Source: Obrimoposthia wandeli (lineage: Eukaryota). Taken from it: DNA of 64,000 bases. This document shows positions 22,801-34,800 of this stretch, in pieces. The stretch lies in contig CDROCS010001053.1 of assembly GCA_977020255.1 (NCBI GenBank), forward strand, positions 248,001 to 312,000. Reading direction: 5' to 3'. How positions within the stretch are numbered: position 1 is the stretch's first letter; each line of letters starts with the position of its first letter. The position numbers were made by a program, and so were the translations under genes. Under the pieces are notes generated by a model, which had not been told where the DNA came from, did not search any database, and worked only from the letters and a program-made list of their open reading frames with translations.

Positions 22801-25800
22801 TGTTATAAGGAGTTAATTTTTTTTTTGAGTGTTTGGGAGGGGGGGTAGAAATTTTTCTACACACCTGCACTAAATTTCACTCCACACACATACACGGTTT
22901 TAAAGGACAGTAGGGGGGATTAGACCGGACACATCCACCTACTAATAGAGTTTCAAAGTATGGAATAACGGAAGGGATTTTGATGTCAGACACCAAGTTT
23001 TATAGATTGTTTATGCTCGGCTCAGCCATTGGTCAAAAGCATCACCTTTTTTCGTCAACTTATACCATTTATTCGGCCTTTTCTTTGTTTTTTCTTCTAT
23101 TTCTAACAGATTTATTCCGTTTAACAACTTTTTTACTTTAGCATTGAATTTGCTGTTTTGTAACCCTGTATAACGACCTGATTATTCTTATCTCTAAACA
23201 ACTGATTCTCACTTTTACAGACAGGATTATCAGGTTTCCTTTTAAAGCCTGTCTGTGTGGCAAAAAAATACATATTATTAAATGACATAATTACTCATTT
23301 TAAAGTCTTAGCTTTTTTTAGCACAACCCCGGAAGAGAAAATAGTTTTATAGTTTATACCATTAAATATGATATTTCTTACTCGTAGTATAAGAAATATT
23401 TTACAATATGAATATGTAATAAAGCGGTTTCAGCATGTACAACATGTTTTTAAATATCCACTTGGTAAAAATGCTACTTAAACTTATTTAATAAAATTAA
23501 ATTGATTCGATCTCGATTGTAATAACGTTTCAACAAATTGATCTGACGAGTATCTATTTAAGCATCAATTTCATCATTACTAAGGTGATATCCAACAATA
23601 CATATATTTTTATTCTCATACTAGATTTCATACATCCCTATGTACGAGAAACTCTCTCTCGCATAGTCTTAATAAAGTCAAGACGATATATTACTTTCAT
23701 ACAAAAACAATACCAATATGAACTAATTCAAGTATAGACATGCAACAACAAAAACGATAATGTAAGAATTTCAATATGCTCAAATCATTATTACGTACAA
23801 CTACTTTATCAGGTGAAGTTGTATCAAAATTTATAACATAATCATGGTCTTCAACAACCACTGGTTTATTAGAAACACTGATTTGTATAATGAATAGACA
23901 TAAAGGAAACACTTTCATAGGTTTTATCACAGTGTTACCAATTTGCTAATGAGCATATACAAGTAATCTCATATTTTAATAAATTTGATGCTGTCTTGAT
24001 AATTCCTGCTTTGCTAATTCTTATTTTTGCCCTAAACCCGTATAACTTCTACGTTATGATATTAGTGTAGCCTATTCGTTTTTAAAATCTTAATTTTTAA
24101 CCCTTATATCAGTTTAATGAATTCGTCTAATCCTATATTTTTCACCATTTCGCCACACATAATGCGCAATAAATTCAGATAACTTCAGTGAATCTTGAGT
24201 ATTAGGAGTAGATCAAAAGTATTAATCAAAACAAGTTTGAACTCAAAATCTCAATTAATGACATTATCATCAAACATTAGGATTCTTCCGAGTAGATCAT
24301 GAGCATTAATCATAAAATATTAAAGTGTCATTACCCGCTCCTTAGCTCAGTAGACCTAGACCCTTGACACAAATATTGACCCCCTAGACTCATGAGTCAT
24401 GAGCTATGAGTTTAGCACTTGTCAACACCCCACCTAATAAGAGTTCGACTTATAGTTCATAGCTCATGACTCAGAGGGGTTCTGCTTAGCTAATGAGCTA
24501 GATATGACACTTTACTCTTATTTCATGGAATCTGCCTAGGTCCTTGTCGAATATGTGGTGTTGTAATTAAGAACGAATTGATACGTACCAAGTTCATGGG
24601 GAAGCTCCTCGCACAAAACCGCGATTGATAGACTTAGCCCTGTGAAAATGTCACGAGAGAAAGCAGCCCCGATCGATAGTCCATCGATGAAATTGTGCAG
24701 TGCATCACCAAATATGATCATCCAAGCGATGGGAGCTACTTTCTGGAGAGAAGAGAACATAAAATATCTCGATCAATCTCTTCTTTGGACCATTCTGGGC
24801 CTTGTCAAAAATAAATGTGAACAAAAATTTTAGGATGTTATCACTTATACACTGTTAACACAAGAACGCGCCATGCTTTTATGAATACGTTCTTTAATCA
24901 AATCGGGTTTTAAATTTAGCTGTGAAACGTGTAAATCAAAAGCAACGCGTTTTATAAAGTATTTAATTTTTTAAGATTGCCAAAATTCTTTTGTTATAAG
25001 AAAGACTTCTCCGCATTTATTTTGGAACAGGAAATTTCCATTCTTTAATTAGATTTTGCATTTAATGAGCTATGAAACGTGTAAATCGTAAATGTAAACG
25101 TTCCATTGAGTGTTTTTTTAAATTGCATACATATGATGCGTCAAAGGATAGAAACTTTGCTCTCATCTTGGAATGGTTAAGAAATGATCGTCTAATTATA
25201 ATTGAAAGCATTCTTTCAAACCCAGGTAAGATTTTTTATATTCTCTCATGATTTTAAAAATGGTAAAAAAAATATTGAAATGAATCATATTAAGAAAATA
25301 ATTAGGAGATTTAATGTTCAAGATCATACTTAAAATCAAGTTAGCTAAATATTATTACACTTTTTACTGCTAATTGTAAACTGTTGTGAAGTTTAAATGC
25401 TAATATCTCAAAAATTTGATATTATTTCTTCGATTTGGATACTTATACTGTCAGTTGTTTTAGTTTATTTTTCTAGAAATTTTTACAATTTGGTTGCAAC
25501 TTTAAAACTTGAAATTGTTGAATCAGTATATGTATTTTAGACTCTATTTGAGCATTTATCAACAAATCAACTAGTTCAATTGTATAGTTTTTAAGTTGTT
25601 TTTCTTTTATAGATTATTGTTTCTCTAAATTTTGCATTTACAAAGATTGAAGTATACTTCAAATTTTTATAAGATATCTTATTCGCTATAGATGTATTAA
25701 TAACCTGGGTAAATCCTGATTCCAGGAGCCCAGTTTCATCAAATGAATCTCGATAATTACTATTTTACAGTGGATTTTTTAAAATTATTATTACTTTATA

Positions 25801-28800
25801 TAATTTTTTGCAAAAAAGCTTTTACCAATCTTTACATGTTTGATAAATGAGTGACATGAGCTGTGAAGATGAATTTCATATGAAAGCGACAGTGAAACAT
25901 GTCTAACTTAACACCAGAAGCAATACGAGAGTGACGATTCTGATGATGATGTTAATTATGGGCCAGATGAAGATGAAACTGCAGTATTTAGGGATCTACA
26001 GTTGACAATCTGGACATAGTTACTCAAAGAAATAAGTAATATTGGGGAAAAGAATTGTTTTATTGTTTGTATGTATGGAATTGTATATTACCTAGGTTGT
26101 CAATAAATGCTTAGTCGTCTTTTCATTGAATTTATCTTTTATTACAAAAAATTATAATATACTTTAAACATTCTTGTACAATTGAACATTTAAACTTACT
26201 AAAGAACCAGAAAATTTGGCTCAATATGCCATCAAGTACATGTTTATAGAAATGAAACAAGTCAAAAATTGTCATAAATAATATACTTATTAGTGTTACA
26301 AAATTACGTTATATTCCTTTTTTAATAATTAAACAAATAAAAAAGGGAAAACTTTATAAAATTAAAATACATAGTACTCACGACTTTGGATGCCTTGACC
26401 ACTTCCACGCTCGTATTGTCCTTTCCGTTTTTCTTCCCTTCGCTTAATTCACAAACCTAGAAAAATGTTATCATCATCATCCTTGCACTAACCACCTCAT
26501 CCACTGTATGGTCTACAGTTACATCCAGTGACTCGCTCCTCTCCATTCGCGACCTTGATTGCCGATGCGCATTCATTGAGCCATGGTGCTGCTTGTCGTC
26601 ACCGTGACTTCGAAATGAAAGCTGCTTACTCTAAATGAGAAAATCCCCATGTTATATTTGCAAAATTCCCCCCACAATGGCTCAATATGAGTGACATAAT
26701 CAGAATGAGGTTTTTAATTTTATCAAAATATGTTATTTTTCAAAGTTATATTATATTAAAAATCAAATTGCATATGAGACACAAAGTTAGTTGAAGGATT
26801 TAATAATATTGAGTAAAAGTTCAAATTAAATTACCTTTTTTGAAGCTTTAACTAAAAAAATATTCCCAGTTTACAATGCATAGTTTTATAACAAATTAAC
26901 TTTAAATACTTAGGCTGTCTGATAAGTTCTAAGAATGCACGCACACATAATTGAAACAAGTATACTAAATATTTATAAAACATGTATAAATATTAGGGTG
27001 GTCCTTAGCAATGTTACAACAACAAAAATTTCGATTTTTAAGTGTCTCACCCTCTTATATGGTTTCTATTTACATTGAAAAGCAACATCCAAAATTTGAT
27101 TAACTTTACTTAATATTTAGGGGTAGCTCAAGCGATCCAAAATTTATACATTGTACTCGTTTAAGGAAAAAACATGAAAATTACTAGTGTTCAAAATGCA
27201 AAGTGTCATAAAAGTTTATATCAAAGTGTTCAATTGTTCATAATAGTTTATAATATTTTGTAATGCTAATACACCTACACTACAGTCCTACAATTTGTTA
27301 TCCAGAATATTTAACTTGAAGTATGAAAAGTTAGAGCAGCAACGATTTCTTGCAGAAAGGCACACGATTTCGGTTATCCTGAACGACTTGTATAAGAAAT
27401 TGTTTTTGTTGTTCATCGGTAGTAATTTTATCGTTAAACTGTTCCATGAGAGCGACTCCCCTCTCTGCATTGTCATTGACCACACGTAACTGGTTCACTA
27501 CCTGCAGACCAGAACAATAATATGGACAAGATTGCCAGGTTTCCGGATCAGAGTCGAGAAATGATGTATCAATTTGAAGCTTGGTAAAGAAATTCATGGT
27601 ATTCTTTGTAACAAAATCACTGATAGTTATGTCAACAGCTTTATCAAGGTCCAGTCGAATTCTTGCTGGAGGTACACGTACTCCATCCTTCTCCTTCATC
27701 GCTTTCACCATGGCACGCTTGCATGTGGTAGAGATGGCTGCATCGAAAAATCCCATCGCCACAAGCTCTTCACTCAGATACCAGAGATGTGCGCAAAATT
27801 TACAGCAAGCAACTTTGGACAACGTGGGATTCGTGTTCTTATACTTGATAAGGCGTCGCAAGAACAAAAGATCATTGCGTGGTGCTGAAATAGGTAACGG
27901 TGCTGTAAACCACGCCTTGACGTATACAAGAACAATAAAGAGGCAAACATCCTCTATACCTTTTTGCTCTTGTTCAGTAAGCTGAAATTGTTGCTTGAAG
28001 AGCCATATTTTTAGGCAATACAATGCTTTGGCCAACCATTTTGCATGATGCATGGCACCTGGGGATCTAAATCGCACCCCATTTGGAGGAATCTTTGTGA
28101 ATGATTTGTGATTAATTTTAGTGCATCTGCATGGGCTATATCAAAAAGATTGTCTAATTCTTCCACAAACACACTTTCATTCTGCTTCTGTTTCCCACCA
28201 CTTCGGCTTGCATTTTTCTTAAGTAATGTCCAATTTTGGTGGAGCACTTCAAGTTTAGCGATTGAGTGCTGCTCCTGGCGCATCGGTATTCGTGCTTTGT
28301 GCCAAAATAACGCCACCTCTCGAAGTACAGATGTCGAGCTCTCACGAATTGTCTTGCTCAATGTTTTATGCGGGTAGCAGAACACACTCAGGACTTGTCT
28401 ATTTGAAGGAAGCTTGACACCACTCAATGACTTTTCTTCTCCTCCAATTAACCATATAACTTTCTTACTTCTGGTATCAGCTGCTGATGCAGTTGCCATG
28501 TTCTTGTAATGTGTTGTTTGCCTCTGTGAACTGAATGATTAGCGATAATAGAATAAATTTATCACTAGTTGTAGTATTAACTATTAACTAGTTGTATTTG
28601 TTTACCTTCAAATATAAACGCCAATTAAGTAATTTTTCAAAATAGTTTAACTCACTAATAGTTTGTCTAACAAGTATTAGCAGAATTATTAAAATTGTTT
28701 AAACTACAAAAACAATTAGGTCAGTAGTAATAACATTTCTAACGTGATAAACAGTGCGAAAGTTCAAGGTCACTGAGCGACCACTAAATATTAATTATTT

Positions 28801-31800
28801 TCAACAATATTTTGCCTGGATAACTTTTATGTATATAGGAACAAAATGAGAGGGTGAGACGGTCAAAAATTAAAAGTTAAATAATAAGGACCACCCTAAT
28901 AAATATACTAGTTACGTAATTACTAATGAAATTTCAGAACATATAATTATATTTCATTTTTCAGCAATCACAATTTGCATAAATATTACGTTACACCGTT
29001 TCTTATCGTTTCTCAGACTCATTTCTGAATGGTTTTAAATAAAAATCTCTACCATGACAACATTTACATTGAGTTGAATGATGTTCGCTAACCATCTGAA
29101 ATTCATGAGAAACTAAAGCACTCTGGTATTGGATTGCCTTCTTAATCAACTGTATTTGATTGCTACAAGTGTTTCAATGAATTTCGCAAATCGCTAGATG
29201 ATGACATGTGAGTTGGGCGACCATACAGTTCAACTACAACTGCTAATGTATGTCATCGGGAATTTTGTGGGAAAAAAACAAGGATGTATCTTTGTATGTT
29301 TATTGAATCTGCAGAATTGACAGAAGATGTAATCATCAATATTCTCCGTCAGTACCTCGTTTTACGTAAGGTATAGATTCCACATCATCTTCCCAACGAA
29401 AACAAACGTGAGAAGGTGGAATGTGCCGAAAGATTTTTTCCAACTATTCAGAGATCACTCAATTGAATGTCTACAGAAATCCTAGGCATCAGAAGATTAA
29501 AGCGGGTTTATGCATGCTACAGCTCTGACTAAACAGCAGAACATGGCATGGCATCATTCTACAGCACAAAAACAGACAATTATTCGATCGAAACTGACAA
29601 ACCAGAAAACTCTTCTGATAGTCTAATACAATGCAAGAAAAATATATTTTAATATAATGTTGAAGGAAGGCTTTTGTGACACTTTGGTCTCAAATATCTC
29701 GTACAATAATGTTGGAGTTCGCCTCTAAATAATGTGTGACCATTAAATTCCGACGCTATGTAAATATATCTTATCAAATCTTCTTGTTGGCGATTATTTG
29801 TGAAAATGTACAATAAATATGTGAAGAAACTTTTTATTAATTATACGTAATACAGAGAATTGATAACATTGAAATGGGAATAAGCTTATTTTTGTTTCGA
29901 AGTATATTTTCAGAGTTGTATTTGTGCAAATAATAAGACATATTAACTAAATTTTCCATTTTTGAAAAATTCCAGATTGTTGATTTACGTTTTTAGTGAA
30001 AATATGTATATCAAATAAATGGAATTTATGACATCTGGTGGACGAGTAACCTTGCGATTGAGAATCCATTTGAGGAATCTTTCGAGGAGGAAAAAGAGGT
30101 AGATGCCACACATGACGACTGTGGCTCTCCACTTGTAGCTGACTCCTGTATGGCTTTTAGCAGCCCTTTCTAGCTCCGCTAGTTGCATGGCCTGGAGAAG
30201 ANNNNNNNNNNNNNNNNNNNNNNNNNNNNNNNNNNNNNNNNNNNNNNNNNNNNNNNNNNNNNNNNNNNNNNNNNNNNNNNNNNNNNNNNNNNNNNNNNNN
30301 NNNNNNNNNNNNNNNNNNNNNNNNNNNNNNNNNNNNNNNNNNNNNNNNNNNNNNNNNNNNNNNNNNNNNNNNNNNNNNNNNNNNNNNACTGGATAAAAAA
30401 GTGAGAGAATGTAAGTAAGAGTTAATGTGAGTTAGTGAATAGGATTAAGTGAATTCAAGTGAGAGTTAAAGTAAGAGTGAGTTAGTGAATATCAGGGAGA
30501 AAATGAATAAATGCGTGACTGAGTTATTAAGTGAAAGTTTGAGAGTGTTTCAGGCTAGATAGAAGAATGAGTGAATGTAAGTGGGAGTGAGAGATGAAAG
30601 TGAGTGAGTGAGAATGAGTTGAAGTAAGTTAAAGTGAATGAAATAGTTGGTGTGTAAGTGAGTAAGTGATAATGTAATATTGAGAGTAAATAAGTTAGTC
30701 TTTGGATGAATAAGTGTGTAAATGACTAGATAAGAAAGTGTGTGAGATGATAGTGCGCGATAACCGCTCTCCACTCACGTCAGGGATGAGAATAAGGAGA
30801 GCACTACCAGCCAATGAACCAATGGCTAGAGAGATCATGAAGGTCATCACTGTCTTATAGAATGACCGTTTTATCATCGGAATGAAGAGTACCCCCAAGG
30901 CCGCGCAGCAGTTGATGAAGGTCACCGAGAGGAGACCGTATAACCACACTGCACAAACAGAGATTCGACATTACTCACTATAGTCAGTAGTAGATCGCAG
31001 AAATTCCATACCATAAGAAATGTGTTCGGCTAGTTCATAATAAATTGTTTTAAAGTAATCAAATATCTAGAAATGTTGGCTGATAAAAAAGTCTAGATTC
31101 TAGAAGTTTTTTCATATGCAAAACCATTTTGTGAATTATATTTGAAGTGTGTAATTTCATTTGTATATATGGTACTTCGTATCGTTAAGCTATGATATAT
31201 CTCGATATTAAGCAAAGAAATTTGACATTCGAATATGTCAAATTTTCCATCACTTTGGTCTAATGATCATGTATTCACAAAAACATGTCGACATCTCGTG
31301 TAAATTATTTAGAGAAACTCAATATTTATAAAATTACTATTCATAAAATTTTGAATTTTTTTTCGAATGCTATCTGAAATTAATAAAATTATAACACAAG
31401 ATAGAGCATAATAAATTGTATATTTCTACAAATTTAAGTTTATATTAATAGTAGAAACGACATATAGAAGCAGTTGAGCATTGATAAGTAAAGGTTTTTC
31501 TTAGAATTTATTTTGAACATCTCGATCAATTAAGTCACAGTTTCGCAATAAAAAACTAATACACCTTAGCCATATTATCAACAACAATAAAATTGTATTT
31601 AATTGGATATGACAATGGGACTGATAATTTGGGAAACGACATTTATTTCCAATATGGCATTAATATTGAAATTGAATTATTTAAATATTAGTAGTTTTTG
31701 AATTTTGCCTGGATAAATTCTTATTTTTTGTTTTGAATTTCAAACAAAATTGTTGTGAATTGAAATATTGCAATTTAAAGTTTTAATTAATTAATCGAAG

Positions 31801-34800
31801 TGTCCACAGTCAAATGGTGATTTTTAAGACTGCGATGACCGGCTGTTATATCCTGCTAGAGAATGGGCAAATTGCCCGTGAAGTAGGAGATAACACAGAA
31901 AGAATTTCTGCCTCCCTTATTGATATTTCCTAACTGCCCATTTTCAAGTGCACACACCTGTAATTTTACTTTCTCTGTCTGTGTAATTTTACGTGTGTTT
32001 GCCTGTAAATTTATATAATGTAACTTACGACAGAAAAATGAATATAAAATTGGTTAGCATAGAGAGATATTTCATAACTGGTAAGGCCAGTTTTTAAATA
32101 GTTATATAAGAAAAAGAAATTATTACCATAATTAATACAGTTATAACAGAAAACTGAGATTATTGCTGACCATAATTATTACTGTTATTACAGAAAACAG
32201 AGATTATTATTATTGCATTTATTGATTAAAACGTCATTTTTTTCTGATAATTATTATGACAGATTATTTTTAATGAATTAGTTGGAAATAATTACCCATT
32301 AAAAATATAACAATTTAACATTTTTAAAATATATGAAAATTTATATCAATATACATTAAATAGTAAGAATGACCCAGACAAAATTATTGAATGAAAAATA
32401 ATTAATATATGTTAAGAATAAAGTTATCAACACATTTTACAGCGAGTGATAAGGTCCTCAAATGTACTTTTGAAAAACTTAGTCTTCAGATTATTGAGAT
32501 AATCACTCACTTTCAACTTCAATTCATACTTGACAGTCTTCCCTTTCAAGTGCTTCTTTAAGTGCCTGTATTAGTAAAAATGGCTATGGATGAGATCTGG
32601 ACTTTATGGAGAATTATCGAGGATCCAGTCAAGCATTCAGGATTGTTTGCATCGGTCAAGTACCTTTGTGAATGTGTGCGTTGTGTTGAAGTAACCAAAT
32701 TGAAACATTTGTGTTCTACATTCTTGCTTATCTTTTTTTGTACTTTTCCATTCGATCAGAGTACTGATCAAAGTTTTAAGAGTTCAAATTGATAAAAACA
32801 ATACTCTTCGAGTACTAAAACAAACAATATTTTATTTATTTGTAGTTATATATATGAAAGGTTTCAAAAATATTGAAAATTTCGCTAATATATTTTCTCA
32901 CTACTTAATATTCTTCGGGCTCAAGTGTGTCAATGCTATCTGCAGAGAGTTTGGATGGGAAAACTCCGAGTGCAGACTGTGAAAGCAGAAATTATCTTAT
33001 CACTCAATAAGTCATAATTGATATTATCTCTCTGCCAACATGCAAAATTCAGGCAACAACCCAATACATTTTTTAACAATGTTGTTTGCAACACACACAG
33101 CTTTTAACAGTTTGTAGATTTATCAGGTAAGAAATCAATAAATAAGTTTCATCTCCTAAAATTTATTCTAGCGTTCCTTTATTATAAAATATTTCAATAC
33201 AGTAGATTTCAGATATAATTAATTTCAGCGGACCTTTGAAAAAGATTCGTTGTAACCTTAATGTAAATAGACTTATGTTAATTGGTCATGACTAAAATAG
33301 CACATTAGCATAAAAGGATTAAGAAAGTTGGTATAAAATCTGAATTTGATTAGATAAAACTGTAATTTGTAATTCCCTCTCGTTTCAGGATAAATCGGCC
33401 TATCAGTCCAAAAATTATTGTGCACAATCAATACAATATATTCTCAATGCTGGTTACATTTAGTGACATTGAGAAAAAACGCAGTGAGATTATTTTTCGA
33501 ATATTTTTGAGACACTTGTTTGTTAAATTATTTTATTAAAATAGAAAAAAAATTATTCGAAATTAATCCAATACAATAGATTTCAAATATAACGAATTTC
33601 AGCGGACCGTTGACAAAGATTTGATATAGTCAAAATGTAGAAATTATTTATGTTGTGCTTGTGATTATAGTATATTTATGAATTTAGCATAATTATAAAA
33701 GTTACATTATATTATTTCACGTTTAATACTGCAATATTTTAATATTTTACGTTACGTTCTATATCGTAAAATGTTATGTATTTAAGTTCTACCGCAAAAA
33801 AAATGTAGAAATCAATTCATCAGCACACTAGGAAAATACAAAATCTTGTGATGAGAGATGTGATAGAGAGTTATTGAAGTATAAACTTTTTCTGCCTTTG
33901 ATTTTATTGAATTAACGAAATCAGTGATTCTTGTATCTACTTACTGGCTTATTGATCAAAATATATTATATATAATTAATTCATCACTCAACCAGTCGAG
34001 TATTATACCAGTAAACTTACATTATTTTAGATAGAATTTTAAGATGGAAAACATTTATATTCGTTCGATTTATTTTTATGAATGGAAACTCGGTCATAAT
34101 GCATCTGACGCAACCAGAAACATAAATAATGCATTTGAGAAAGTACAGCTAACGTTAGAACCCTTCAACGTGGATTTAAAAAATTTCATAATGGAAATAC
34201 AAGTCTCCGAAATGAGGACCGAGACTATCCGGAGTCCGTCGCTGATGACACAGTTTTAAAGGACTTAGTAGAGTCTGATCCTCAGAGGTTTATGGAGTTT
34301 AGATTGCGGCTTGATAAACTCAGATCAGAAATCAGACCAAATTCACATGACAAAACTGTTACCAAAGCTGAAAACTTTTTAAAGAAAATCCAACATCACC
34401 AAAAAGACTCGGCATTTAAAATAACTGAAAGGGGAAATTTTCAGCACATATTAAAGTAATTATATTTTAAAATAAAATTTTAAACCTTTATATAGATTGT
34501 CAGAAATATACTAAAAGAAAGCACAGGAATATTTTATTTCACTGAAAACTTGTGATATTTCGAAAGAACCATACTGTATACTCATCTACAGTTAGACCGG
34601 TCCATAGTGAATACTAAGTTTTTTTAAATGGCTGTCCATAATAGAGCTAACATGAACATTTCATTGTAAATATTCCTAAATAACATTTTTAATACATGTT
34701 GTATGTTTAAGTAAATATATTTAATTATTTGAAAAAAATTCAAAGGTCATCTCAGATTTAATATTATTTAACTACGAAATTCCCAGTTTCTCAAGATTTC

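Noticed and set aside
24335-24500. tRNA gene or tRNA-derived SINE (TAGCTCAGTAG, GTTCGA) with internal inverted repeats
   Set aside because: No cloverleaf could be built and box spacing is too long; it may be a small MITE but this is unsupported.
30183-30404. ORFs spanning the N run
   Set aside because: Artefacts of the assembly gap.
32562-32792. ORF or additional ZIP exon near 32.6-32.8 kb
   Set aside because: Candidate splice sites exist, but no frame could be joined convincingly to the TM1 exon; a similar candidate at 39459-39573 is also left uncalled.
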